Source: Hydrolagus affinis
Lineage: Eukaryota
Reading direction: 5' to 3'
DNA length: 64,000 nucleotides
NCBI GenBank assembly: GCA_012026655.1
Contig: JAAILG010000309.1
Location: 1 to 64,000, forward strand
In this document: positions 11,733 through 25,058 of the stretch, in pieces
Layout of the letters: the number at the start of each line of letters is the position of its first letter
Position numbering within the stretch: position 1 is the first letter of the stretch
Notes under the pieces: model-generated
The model's input: only the letters and a program-made list of their open reading frames with translations
The model's database searches: none
What the model was told of the DNA's origin: nothing
Translations under genes and position numbers: made by a program

Positions 11733-13543
11733 ATCTGGAGCTGTTTTTGGAAGAATCTGGGTAGCTAGTCCCTGGACATAATGAAAGAGTGTTGCAATTT
11801 ATTCCACCCGACCTAACTCTTATAAGTGCTCAATCTGTTGTTCTGTTAAGATAATATTTTAATTGTTCTCTCCCGACCCCAATTTCCCTCAGCCTATATT
11901 TTTCCACGGTTGTCACTGTTGCACTTCACTCTACTTGTTCTCTTTTTGATTGAGATTCTCCGTGTATTGTTACGTTGATTGTTTTTTTCGTTGAAGCCGT
12001 GAAGTAATAGATACGCCAGGCAGTCACTGCTCTGTAATTTTCTTCTTGCAATTTACTGGTGAAAACTTGGCTTTGACCAGTGCCTCTATTTTGTTTGAAG
12101 CTTAACAGATAAAAGAGATCTGTTGGATACGTGTATTACTTTGTGTAAACTGTTCTCAACGGAAAGGAACCAGGATGAGGGATTGCATAGTATCCTCTTA
12201 AGGGAACTACCATTACTGGGAATGAATAGGGAGAGAGCAATGGCTATATTTCAACCTATTTCTATTTATTTTAGATGTATTAAAAGATGAGACTGAAGGA
12301 CATCAGTTGAGATTTTTTTTTGGTGAGGGCTGGTGGTGGGGCAGAAATACAAATAAAGTACTGTACAGTTAGAATAGTCTAACATAGCCAAAAGGCAACA
12401 AGTCATTGAGGTGATTTGAGAAAGGGGCTTTAGGATAGTATGGACGGACTTTGGAACTGAATGTTCTTTTGCAGGTGTTGTGAATCTAAAATAAGACTGA
12501 TGTGATGGGATGAGTGATTCATTTCAACAGCACTTGGGTGTTAGCCACGTATTTTCACTTATCTTGTAAAGTCCCAATGACACGAAGTTAAGTGATTGGA
12601 ATTGTACGGATTGTTGCTGTTGCCAAACAACAACCTCCTAGCTGATGTGAGTTTTGAAACCACAAATAATAAGAGTCCTTGCATTTGATTATAGTGCCGT
12701 ATCACCTCTCGGAGACTCACAAAGCGCTAAAGGAATTGACTGTATATTTTACGGGCCAAACAGAAGCACATTATTTATAGCTTTGAAAGTTTATAAAGTG
12801 GTGAATTATATTTGGGTTTGACTTTGATGGCGTAAGGTGCTTTTTTTAAAAACAACAGTCGGACATCTGCTAACTTTCATGATTTGTCTTTGAATTGCTG
12901 CAAGATTAGAGAAATTGAACAAAGCTATTTTTAGTAGCAACAGAATACTACAGCAAAGATGTTCTACTAAACCCAGGTGCAAACCTCCAATTGAGAGACT
13001 TAACACGTGTGTTACAGTAAAAACCCTGTTAATTTTTAAGACTCTTTTTAGTGAAACGAGACATTGTTCATTGATCACCCAACACTGAAAGAGGGGTCCG
13101 GTGTGGAGGGCGCTAAATAAATCAAAGTTGTTATTGTTGTTAACTTCATTCTGTGGTTGCATTGCCTGATCAGAACGGCCCTCCCCCCAAGATAATTCAC
13201 AGCAGATTAATCCACATCTGAATGTGAACCAGTGTAAATTGTCTGCTTAACGAGAAGCCCTTGGATGGGTCACCTCTAAATGAAGATTGAAGAGCAAAAT
13301 TTAATGATGCATCTTTCTCTTTCACATACTGATAGACCTGCACTGTAATGATCCAATTCCATTTAAAATGGTTCACCAGTTGTATTTTGGTTATTGTGGG
13401 ATGATTTTAGTTGACTGGAATTGGTGTGAAGTTTGGTATTGTGATAGAATTGGACTGATTTTTTTTAAAGTTTGAGCCAGTCCCAAAGACCTTGATTCAG
13501 TCAAGCATGAAATTCAAATGCCTTTTGCTTGGATGCCAATGTA

Positions 13544-14005
13544 CAGTAGAAGTCATGGCTCGATGCACCGACACTTCCGTATAACCAGCCAGCCAAAAAA
13601 AAAAGTCCCCATTTGATAAACCGGAACTTATCCAGAACATTAGCGGAGGAGCATTTGTAAATGCATAAATAATAACAATAACAAAATATTATATTGGTAC
13701 TTATTGTTAAAACTACTCTCTTGCGCTTTTTACCTTTGCTGGTAGATGCTGCGCTTGAAACCTATGATCCTGTGGTTGAGGTTTGTAGTCCAGCGATTCT
13801 TTTAAAAATGGAGCGGGTGAAAAAAATGGAGCGCATATGACTAGCGGCAAGCCGATAACGCTAGCCAATAACCCACATTATCGCACAGGTGCAGTATTTC
13901 GGTTTGCCGCTAGTAGAGTCGAGGGCTTCGGCTTGCAGCTAATAAAGTCACGCGACTTTAAAATTGGCCATGTCCCGCGGGTGCTGGATAAACAGACTTC
14001 TACTG
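13544..14005. mobile_element. Tc1/mariner-superfamily (pogo/Tigger-like) non-autonomous element (MITE)
   Basis: Perfect 11-bp TIRs CAGTAGAAGTC / GACTTCTACTG, each flanked by TA; both ends are homologous to the element at 18953-19163. Confidence 0.8.
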
Positions 14006-16007
14006 TACTAAAGTAATTTTTTAACCTTTGTGGGGGCTATAAAACTGTGTATGAAAGTTCGAATGCTGAGTAAGGTGGGTTTTCCATTAACTTCAGTACT
14101 TAATCCAGTATATGATGTTCAATCCTGAAGCCTTCTATCTGTGGATTATTGAGTGTAACCTGTGTAATTATTGCAGATTTTTTTTTCTACCTTTTAAATT
14201 TCTTTCCCACTAATTTTATTTCCTCATCCGTTTGTGATTTTGTACCTCCTAACGTAAATAAATTAATTTTGTTTACTTTCTACCGCTGTGATTAATCAGT
14301 CACTAAACTTGCCTTCCAAATTGAACTCAGTTAACTTTAACGCATTACATCAGCCATAATGGACCATGGAAATCCTCTTCCTTGGATAAAGCCATTTTAC
14401 TCATTGATTCAGCAATTGTTGTGGGGGAATTCAATGACTCGCCGAATAATTAGTGAATGGGCCTTGGGCATGTGAGTTTCATTTGTCATTGGCAATTAGT
14501 TGGTTTTCCAGTAGGTCACAAAGTCTCAACTTGTATCCATTCATCAGTTGTGACCTTAAATTGGAAAGTTGCACTTGCACAGGGATTGCATAAACCTGCT
14601 CCGAGTCGCAGGCTTCTGTCAGAATTTCACATTGTCTTTTTAAGTCAGTCAATCAATTTTACAGTATATTCTGTGAAGCGCTTTGTGACGTCTCTATTGC
14701 GCGGTATCAGCGTGGGTGAAGTGCTTTGAGATGTGATAAAGGCGCTATATTCAAATGCAATTATTATGGATCTTGTACTAAATGATCACACAAAGTATTC
14801 AGCGATGCTGATTCCTGAAATGATTTATTTTTGAAAGCTTTTTGTTCACTGATTATGGAATTTGGTGGCGGTTTGCTTTGCTCTGATCCATTAGAATAAA
14901 CTGTTTTCGAGCAGGTGAAGAGGTTAAATCGTGTAATTTCTGCATTGTTTAGTCCAAACTCTTGCAGCAGTGCTCGTTGTGACCGGAATGTGTTCCACCT
15001 GTAGACAGGGCATTGAAAGTTCTGTGTTTTGTAATGTATCTGCCATAAGAGAAGATCCCATACACAAGCAGTCTCTGCAGCTGTTTGATATTTCCATGGC
15101 ATGTTTTTTGTTAAACAAGCTGTCGTTGGGTGGGGAGAGAGAGAGATAAGTGATGATGGTAAGGACTGTCGGAAGGGACTTTTATTATGGCTTTCATTGC
15201 TTCAGCCTTGATTCTGTGTTCTGTCGAGAGAGTCAAAGTTCGTAAACAAAGAGTTTTAAAAACCAAAGCTGCCTGTGACGGATGAATCTTAAGAGAGAAT
15301 AGCAACAGGTAAACCAAATGAGAGTGAGTGGCCATTTTTAGATAGCTTCCTGAATCTGCTTTCATTTCTGGTTTACGAATATTTTGTGTCCCACATCTGT
15401 GGTTGTATTGACTTTACAATGTGAAACGTTTTGCTAAACTATTCCACCAGTTCGAGTGGTTTAGACCAGACTGAAACTTCAATCTGGCACATTGACTTTC
15501 AACTTCCGATTCAGGCCCACACGCAAGACTGCTTCTGTAACCACAAACTCCTTTCCTGTATCAGGGTACTTTTTTTTTCCCCCCTCACGTATCAATAAAA
15601 GTCTGAAAACTAACCTGCAGACAAGCATCTGATAGAATCAAATACGGTGGATTTTCAGCGGGAGGTTGACTGTTTGGCTTGTACGGTATATGGCTTCTAT
15701 AGCCTTAATGGCGCTGCAGAGAATTTTGGAAATGCACTTCCTGGATTCCCTCGAGCACTCCAAAAAAAAGTGAGAACAATGAGCTTTTATGCCAGAAGGC
15801 TTATATAACTTTGTGCGGAATACGTATACTTCTGCACTGGTGAAATGCCTTTCAAAACTAGGTCATTACAGTAGTTTATTTTGGATGGTTAGCTGCAAGT
15901 TCCGTCATGCATACTCACTGCGACCGAAATTCCTGCGTGTTTATTTTCACCACAAAATTCCTGTTCTTAGTTGGTCTCATTGCATACTCCCGCTCTGGTC
16001 GACAACA

Positions 16008-16225
16008 GTAACTTGCATTTACTGTAAATAGCACCGTTCGTGTATGGTAACATCTCAAGGACGATTCACAATGGGACGGTTAGGCGCAAAGCATAGCGGG
16101 GGTGGCCCTATAAGCACGGTAGGAGAGGTAGGTTTTCAAAGTGAGATTAGATGGAGTGGATGAGGTGGAAGGATAGAGGTAGATCATTCCAGAGGTTAGG
16201 AGCAGACTGACTGGCATTTTAAGCC
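16008..16225 (-). mobile_element. Old L2 3' fragment
   Basis: Degenerate L2 C-terminal coding sequence (LWN-like and LKTYL motifs) and tail on the minus strand. Confidence 0.55.
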
Positions 16226-18844
16226 TGCGTCTAGTGTAGAATTGTAGAAATATGCAACACAGAATGAGGCTATTGTAGACCAATTGTAGCACAATTGTCC
16301 GGTGAAGTAAATTTCCTATTTCACTGCATTGCCAAGAAATCCTGCCTCGCATTTCCCGCTGAGCACATCAAACCTGTTCACGCACAGCATTTCTTTGAAA
16401 ACTGCTGCGGCGTTTTTCACATGCACCAAACAGCTGGAGGCAGGTTGCAGTCGTAGGCAGGAATCTCACCTTTCTTTATACCCCGCTCTACCTTAATTTG
16501 TCAAGGGCAGAGGACACAAACAAAATTGACAGTGTGCGACTGACAAGTCTTGTGTTGCAGTGTTCTTACCTTGACCTTTTAATGCCTCTTTCTCCACCAC
16601 CACCCCAGCTGTTAAGCACGATTTAAAGAGTGTGGGTATTGTAGGTCACATATGGCAGTACACCTTGCAGTGTTATGCTGCTAAATGAATATAATGGATA
16701 GGGTTTTCCTTATTAAAAGAGATTTCCCCAGAGTCAAATTTGAAATAGATCCAGAAACACCAGTTAAAATATTATTTTGCGTGTGGTGAGGGGGGGGGTG
16801 TGGGGTGGGGGGAGATGCGTGTGTGCATGTGGATGTATGACGAAGGTGTGTGGGTGGGCAGGTGCATGTGTGGTTGTGGGGTGACTGTGTGGTTTCTTTG
16901 CATGCTAAGTACATCAGTCGCTTTCGCAAAAAAAACTGCTTCCAAATGAGAAACTGAGCCGCGTTGGAGTCAAAGTGTCAGCGGTTTCAATTCTCTGAAT
17001 CCCTGCAGGGCATCAATGACCAAATGATCAGCGAGTGAGACTGCGCCTTGGAATGCCCATCTGATGTGAAAGCCACTATATAAATCAGATTTTTATTGAT
17101 GGGGCGGGTGGGGCAATATTCCAGACTGTCTACGTCAGTTTCTCGACGCTTATCTCGGTTTGTAACGTGCTTGCGCAAGAATATTGGCAAACGGGCTCAA
17201 ATAGTGCCTTTTTTAAAAAATTTCCTCCCAATGCTCTCCCATTGTTGTAGTTTGGCAAAAGTTACTGCCTGGACTTTTAACAATGCTTAAGATGCCTGGC
17301 CAAGATACTGCAGGGCAGGATGTGCCAATGGAATCGTATCCGAGCATGAGTCAGTGCCTTAAGAAGTCGCAGAAGCAAATCATTATTTCCATGATACAAT
17401 GACATTTTCTATTATAAATGTAGGTCGTGTGAATCCCTCTTGGGTGCGAATCAGTCACTCGGATCTCTTTATTGATTCAACATTTCAACCGAATCATTTG
17501 TTGAGCAACGAGCAGGCAAATTTTATACGCGTTTCTACAAGTTCTCTGGCATACACTGCAAGGGTGGTGCTTTTTCACATGGCTGTTTTATTATTCAGCT
17601 TGTGTGGGTCACTATCAGTCACTGCCTGGTGAACTTTAATATTGATACAGTACTCGAATTAGAATTCTCTGGACGTATATTGGATAAATTAGTTTAGTAT
17701 TCTCCCACTGATAAAGGCTTGACTTATCTCCTAAATTGCCGTGTTTCCACGCCTTAGATATATTTTAAAAAAATGAATTGGTCAACTCAATCTATGTCTG
17801 TTTGTGGGACACCACTGTGAGCAATTGGCTGCAGCCAGTTCAGTTCACTTTACAGTATATTCCGTGAAGCGCTTTGAGACGTCTAGAAAACATAAATTCA
17901 TAAGGACAAGGGAGGAAGAATAGAACTGCAGATGTGTGAGGGAAATTGAGATTATGAAGAGATTTGCATAACAGATTAAAGGTTGTGAGTTGGGATTGAG
18001 CCATGTTCCGTTGCAGACTTTAATTTTTATTGCAGGAAATTGTACTATACCTGCGGTCATAACTGACTTACTGTGACTTCAGATTACACCAGCTAACTTT
18101 CAACATGTTGAATCGCGCAATTTCTCTTCCTCTTTTACTTGTGCATAGCAATATCCCACAAACAATTGAGAAGTGAATGACAAATTGTGTTGGGGGATTG
18201 CTAGAGGGAAGCAATGTTGCTTCCCTTACCCCCTACCCTGCCCCTCCCCCATGCTCAGTTCCTGACTATTCAGCACCTTGGGACGTGAAAGGCGCTCGAT
18301 AAAGTTTGTTGTTGTTGGCTCGCAGAAACGCCTTTGTCTTTGCTAATAGTGCCATAGTATCTTTAGCACCCAACTGAATGTGGGACCTTGATTCCAGCAG
18401 ATGGGACCTTGATTCAACAACATTGTATTGTCTGTCACGTTACTAGTGTCATCCTAGAATTCAGAGTCCTTTGTGGGGTTTGAACCCACATCCTTCAGAC
18501 TCAAGAGCAAGTGTGCTCCCAAGTGTGCCAACCCTGGCCTATATTTATGGTCTATATTTACTAATTCTAAATAGACATTCATCCGATTCCTGTTTAGAGG
18601 CGTTACAACATTGCTTTCCTTTAACCTTGGAGTTTTCCATACATGTATCTAGCGCTGCTTGTTTTTTGATGACGTGAGATAAATTTTTAATACAGTAATC
18701 TCTACTCGCACTTAACATTGGCTGTTCTTTTTAAAAGAAAGCCTGCTACATTTTAAACACTTCCACTATTTAACGCTGAATTGTAAACTTACCCATGGTA
18801 AGTGGGAACCTGGTTGTTAGTCAATTGGGGGATTGCTTTTTGTG

Positions 18845-19275
18845 GGGTAATAATCCCTTGAAAGAAAAACTAATTATTTTAGTCAGTTATTGCATGACTG
18901 TTTGTAGGACACTGCTGTGCACAATTGGCTTCCACATTTTGCCCGTGAAGTAAAGAAAAGCCCGTTTATCCAGCACCCTCGGGACCTGGCCAATGCCGGT
19001 TAAAGCGCGTGTCGGATATTCGGGTGAAAACGCAAAAGGATTTTAAACAAAAAAAAGCATGTTTTCGGATAATTTCCGGTTAATCGAATGCAGACTTTTT
19101 TTGCGGTACCGGTTATACGGAAGTTATGGTTGATCGGGTCACGGATAAACCGGCTTTTTACTGTATATAGTTAATTCACTTTACAGTACATTCTGAAGCG
19201 CTTTGCGACATCTCAAGGATTGTTATTATCTCAAAGACCTGATAAGATGCAATATCAAATGCAAGGATTATTATT
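18845..19275 (+). mobile_element. 5'-truncated Deu-L2 SINE interrupted by a MITE
   Basis: Deu core at 18895-18950; tail resumes at 19166 after the insert. Confidence 0.75.
18953..19163. mobile_element. Short MITE of the same family as 13544-14005, in opposite orientation
   Basis: GTTTATCCAGCACCCTCGGGACCTGGCCAA matches the reverse complement of 13965-13995; right end GGATAAACCGGCTTTTTACTG followed by TA; TA on both flanks. Confidence 0.8.
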
Positions 19276-20369
19276 GTTCACCTACGCTTTGGAGCAGAAT
19301 GTGAACTAGCCCCAAATCTTTGCAGAAATTTGGAATGAGCACATTTCACCCAAACACTACTTCGTGTACGAAAGTTGAGACGAGTCATTGGAAACCTGTG
19401 GCCTGTGGGCTGAAAGTGGACTGCAAGACTCGAGAAGCAGCACAACTCTCTCTCCCTCACCCCACCACTGCCGAACATTTACACAAGCCTAGATACGTCT
19501 ACGTTCAATCTTTCATGCGTAGTCAGTTTTGCCTTGATTGAATAATTCAAGTGTTACGGCAAGAATTATTCAAGTCAAGAAAACGTATTTTGTTGGTCAG
19601 CCATGAAGGTTTTCTTCTATACCAAGGTATAACTCCTCAGACTCACTGATGTCTTGAAACTGATATTCTCCGTCATTCATTTTTTTTATAGCGTTAAATA
19701 GTCAAAAAGATCATGCATGGAAATGCTTATTTTCTAATTCTCACCCACACATGATTGAAGTCTGTATTCGATAATGCTGTATCTTTAAAATCTTAATGTT
19801 TAACACATTTTGAACAGTCCAATTGTTGTGCACATCAGTGGAAACAGTGTAAGTTTTCTAATTGGGTAAACCCGCAATGCAAATACACTTGGAAATACTG
19901 TAGATACATTTTACCTTCAACACACTTGTGTGGTGTCTAACTTTAATCAAATGGGGAAGTACTAGTCTATACCAGTGGGAGAAGTCACTAATTGCCCAGT
20001 AGAAATAATTTCTACCAATTGAAACCTCATAATTGTGCGGATCTCAGCCCGATCTCCCCGGGCCTTTCTCTGAATCATCTGGTGGCTTACTGTGCTTCTT
20101 ACGTTCTCTTATACAACAAACAACAAAATTACACTGCCTTTCACGTCAGGAGGACGTCCCAAGGCGCTAATAATGTTGATAGTCAATCTGATGCTCTAAA
20201 AGTCAGCAATTTACTTTTTGTCTTTCTCTCTTAGCCCCTGGGAAGGGTTAGGGCTGTTTGGTGTTCTTGGGAAGGTAAAAGCATCACTTCTTATGCTCTG
20301 CTGCTGTGCACAGCAGGAAATGATATTGACACATATTTGATGATCTAGAAGTGAGATGTTTTTGTGCAA

Positions 20370-21180
20370 CGATCTACCTCTACCCTCGATTCCAGGACCA
20401 CTGTTATCTTATCAGATTGCCTGCCAGACACCAAGTCTTGGATGAGAGCTAACTTTCTTCAGTTGAAAGTCAACAAGACCAAGGGCCTCCTTAGCTTGCG
20501 CCAGCACCTTCACACATCAGCCACTGGCAGTACCAACCTCCATGGTTGCACTCTCCACCTCACTAAGCCAGTCAGGATCCTAGGTGGCTCATTCGATCCT
20601 CAACTGTCTTTCTTTCCCCCACATCCAAGCCATGACCCGTGCTACCTTCCCTCACCTCTGCAACATTGCCCGACTCTGCCACTACCTCAGCCCTCAGGTC
20701 GCTGAAACTCTCATTCATTCCTCTGTAGCTGATGTTTTCCACTGTTCCAAGCTCTGTGACCCCATCTCCCCCATTCTCGTCCGAATCCATTGGCTCCCCA
20801 TCACCCAGAGAATTCAATTCAAGATCCTGGTTCTCACCTTCAAAGCATTCCACGGCCTTGTCCTATCCTACCTTTGTGACATCCTTATCCCCCTACCAAC
20901 CTGCTCGCTCCCTCTGTTCAGTGGGCTCTAGCTTGCTCCATGTCCATGTCCCCAGACCCATCTGCCCCACCATTGGCACGCGGACCTTCAGCCACTCTGC
21001 CTCCAACCTCTGGAATTCCATCCTGCAGTCACTCCACCTCCCTAGCCCCCTTCCAGTCCCGCCTCAAGATCCCCCACTTCGACCGTCCCATCGGTCACCC
21101 CAAATCCTCTCCTTCCCTCCAGCTTGGATGTCCTCCTGACGTGAAAGGCGCTATACAAATGTAATTTTGTTGTTGTTGTA
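20370..21180 (+). mobile_element. L2 LINE 3' fragment (degenerate post-RT ORF2 region plus tail)
   Basis: SDCLPDTKSWMRANFLQLKVNKTK, HWLPITQRIQFKILVLTFKAFHGL and RTFSHSASNLWNS are L2 ORF2 motifs with frameshifts; (GTT)n tail. Confidence 0.9.
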
Positions 21181-21862
21181 CTTCGACCAGAGCATCTGGT
21201 AGCAATAATAACAATAATATTTTTCATATAATATTCTTGTATCTGTTATAGCACTTTTCCCGTCTTTTAGATGAATCAAAGCACTTCATAGAATATACTG
21301 TAAAATAAATGGACTATTTTTGGGTAGAAAGCGACAGCCAATTCCGCACAGCAGTGTCCTGGAAACAGTGGTGGAACGAGTGACCAAACTATTATTAGTA
21401 AGTTCTAAATTCTCACCTCACTCTATGCAAAGAGGTTCCTCTTAAACTCTCTTCCATGATTGAACCAATGAACTCGGGTGATGTGCTGTTTAGTCAGGAT
21501 TTGAAACTTCTCCCACTGGTATAGATTAGTACTTCCCCATTTGATTAAATCGTTCTATGTTTCGTTGGTTCCCCCCTCTTGTAAGGTTGAACTCCACCAA
21601 TGTTTGTTCACTTTGTATAATTCATGACTGTTAATTATTCAAAAGCCTAATTTGGAGCCCACTGAAATTTTCCAATTAAAATATGCTCCACATTTTAATC
21701 CAGCTAGTTTTACATTTTTATGTACCTTTTGGAATAATAGTCCAGTATTGACTACTGTCATTGTGTGTTTCAACAACAACAACAAAATTACATTTATAGA
21801 ACGCCTTTCACGTTGGGAGGACGTCCCAAAGCCCTGCACAATCAGTTTCATGCTAAAGTCCT

Positions 21863-22210
21863 GTGGCTAAAGCTCCTGTGGCTCAGTGGTTAGAGCACTT
21901 GTCTTGCAAGCTGGGGAAACCAAGCTGGGGAAACCTGTGTTCGAATCCAGGCAGGTCAGGGCGAAACCTTGGGCAAGTTTCCTTACTCCACAAGCCTAAT
22001 AATAATCCCTCCAAAAAAAAAAACAATAATAAAATTGGTCATTTCAATCCACGACTGTGTGTGGCACACTGCTGTGCGCAATTGGCTGCCGCGATTCGCC
22101 CACAAATATATACAGTCAATTCACTTTACAGTATATTCTGTGAAGCGCTTTGGGGCGTTGATAAGATGTGGAAAGCGCTATATCAAATGCAAGGATTATT
22201 ATTATTATTA
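21863..22210 (+). mobile_element. tRNA-Deu-L2 SINE with a 14-bp tandem duplication in the head
   Basis: Family consensus; CAAGCTGGGGAAAC occurs twice at about 21907-21934. Confidence 0.88.
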
Positions 22211-22394
22211 AAGTCGCTGCAAATGCTGAGGTGGAAACCAGTTACTGTATGTGTATTGTAATCGACCAAACCTTAAGGTAGTTTATGTACTGATCATACA
22301 TACTAATATGAGAATGTTGTTAATAACTAAGAACTTGGACCTCCAGGGCAGGGAGAAACTTTGAACCATAGTTTCCATACTTAATGGGCCTCTA

Positions 22395-22646
22395 TTTACC
22401 TAGCAGTACAGTATATAGGAATCCAGTTGCTAGTCGATTGGCAGATTGCTTTTCCAGGAACGATAATCCTTTCAAAAAATAATAACAATAGTACTACTGA
22501 ATCCACCAGTGTTTGTGGGCCATGGCTGTGTGCAATTGGCTGTCGCATTTCGCCCACGATGTATAGTCGATTCATTTTGCAGTATATTCTGTGCAGCGCT
22601 GTGCAGACATGATAGGGTGCTATATCAGATGGATTATTATTATTAT
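22395..22646 (+). mobile_element. Truncated SINE of the insert-bearing subfamily
   Basis: GGAATCCAGTTGCTAGTCGATTGGCAGATTGCTTTTCC insert, then Deu core and tail. Confidence 0.7.
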
Positions 22647-22809
22647 CTGCTAACGACTGTGGCGTGATGCAAACAAAATGTGTGACTGGCTGCAAACTGT
22701 AAATGAATGACTAATTATTGTATTGTGATGCATCACAAACCACAAGATTCAGTCATTGCAGATGGTGGTATGGACACAGCTTGTTTCACCATAGACATGT
22801 CAGGTCTTT

Positions 22810-23090
22810 GAGCTCACAGTCCAGTCTGACACCCCAGTGCAATACTGGAGGATTGTTGTAGTGTTATAATAATAATATTAATAATAATAATTGTCAGATA
22901 ATATATTTAAACTAAGGTCCTTTCTGCCAGTTCAGGTGAAATTAAAGTTCCTGATTTTGTTATTCAAAGTCAAGGGTTGTTGTGCACCAACCATCTTGCA
23001 ATTGCATCTACCAACAAATAGTCACTAAAGTCTGTGAAGCACTTTGAGATGTTATGACAATATAATAAGCTATGAGAGGCAAGGTTTATT
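22810..23090 (+). mobile_element. Old long-Deu SINE (SacSINE1/AmnSINE1-like)
   Basis: CTGACACCCCAGTGCAATACTGGAGG...AAACTAAGGTCC...TTCAGGTGAA resembles the extended Deu domain; degenerate L2-type tail. Confidence 0.55.
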
Positions 23091-23794
23091 TTTAGATCTT
23101 ACTAATTAGCAATCTTAACATGAATTTTAAATGCTGAAATACTTAGATTTGCAAGGCTATTTTAGTTCTACATCTGGTTATATTGTGAAAATGCTAGCTT
23201 CTTTTTAAACCTTAATCCATGAAACCTGGTTCTGCATTCTATACAATTCAGTATAATGAACTGTTCTTGCTTTTAATTGGCTTTCTGATTTGCTTAGTGG
23301 TACTCTTGAATAGGGCAATTCATGCATGAAATCTGTAAATTCCACATGATTTTCTCATGCTGAAGGTCGCATGATGCCGTACAATATCACAGGACAGAGA
23401 ACCTTTGTGAAACTAAATGACCAGCTATAAAAAGAAATCATTTTCAGATTCTGAATTCTGTTCAAGGCTTGGCAATTTACTCCCACTTTCTGCAGTGCTT
23501 CAATCACAGAATGTTTTTTTTAACCAAAATAGCCTTTTCCTTTTGACCTTGCTTCTGTGATGATTTGAGTGCCCCACTTGGCTGTGTTTCACCATAAATC
23601 AGTTCAAATTGCAGAATATGTAGCTTCTTTTCAGCCAAAGGATTTCCTTTTTGTAGATGAATTTTGACTTGATCCATTTTTAACTGTGCATTTTAAAAAT
23701 ATCATTGTTTTATGATATTAACGATATATAAACTGGGTGGGATGCTGTTTTGCGCGGTTATGGGGAGAGAGCTAGGGAGTGGGATTAAATTTAA

Positions 23795-23860
23795 AATACT
23801 GGCACAGACTCGATGGGCCAAATGGCCTCCTTTTGAGCCGTAAGATTCTATGATTCTATA
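23795..23860 (+). mobile_element. CR1-type 3' tail fragment
   Basis: GACTCGATGGGCCAAATGGCCTCCTT...ATTCTATGATTCTAT octamer tail. Confidence 0.6.
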
Positions 23861-25058
23861 ATTCCCCAGAGATGAGCTATTCTCAAATTTCGTTTCCCAC
23901 ATGGTGTGTAGATACGTTCAGAGAGTGGATCCAGAAAATCACAGTCTAATGGAGCTACCCTGTATGTCAGTCAGTCCGCATGAAGTGTTGAATGGAGCTA
24001 TATTGGGATTTCTTTTTTGTTAAATTTCACTCATTTGGGAAAAAAAATTATTCTAATGAGTGTTGCATTCTGACCTCACGTAACCTGGGATACCCGCCTG
24101 CCTGACTGTCACCCAGTCCTGTCCATGGCCGGTATATGTTTGTTCCTTGGGACTAAGGGGAATGTCTGGCTCCAGGATGAAACTGTCCAGGTAGCTCTCC
24201 CCATCCCTTATACTGCGCAGCGTCTCTCCCTGAGACTCCCATTTATTCTGTGTATATTCTGTGCAGCGCTACAGATGTCTAGAAGACGTGAAAACAACAA
24301 CAAAATGTCATTTATAGAGTGCCTTTCATGTTGGGAGGACGTCCCAAGGCCCTGAAAGTGCTTTATCATATGCCGGGATTATTATTTTTTAATTTTAGAA
24401 AAATCTACCAATTGCTTCAATTTTTGCAATTGCAAACTGCAGAGACGCTGAATAACATCCAATGTATCCTACTGCTGTGTCGGGGTGTAATTAAGCTAAC
24501 ATGCTGCCCTTCCTACTTCCAGTTCTATTCCCATTCCTTTTCTTCCTCCTTTTTAATGAATTGGTTTCTTTAGTCAGACCTTTTAGTTTCCTGCCCTTTC
24601 ATTAGGACCTCCTATTTGCGTACGTTCAACTACAAAGTGAGATTGTCACCAAAGAGTCGACTGCCGCGGTTCTGCGATGTTACGCTATCATAAATGTGAC
24701 CTTGTGTTCAAAAGACCTAATGTGTATTTCAGACTGGTTTAAAAATAGAAGAATAACTGGTCAACAGCTAGCATTTCGGAGCCCGGTTAGGTATTCTTTC
24801 AGTAGGGAAATGACTCCAGTCATAATGGAGTAGCCTTAGCCTTATTAGTTCTGAACTTAGCAAAGCCATTGAAACATTTTGAATTCTACGTGGAAAAAAC
24901 TGTACTTGCAGATGGAAATGGTTTCAATTTAAGCAGGCCTCAGCATTCTCCTTTTGATTAGACTGTATGATGTCAGCCCAGTGTTGTAGCCAACATTTCA
25001 AAAAAAACATTACAGGTGGCTTTTTTTCACATCATTGCTGCAACTTGTTTATTAATAA

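Noticed and set aside
21863-22261. Recurrent ORFs with motifs such as HCCAQLAAAF, STTVCGTLLCAIGCR and RYIKCKDYYYY
   Set aside because: These are translations of the SINE consensus in different frames, not a protein family.
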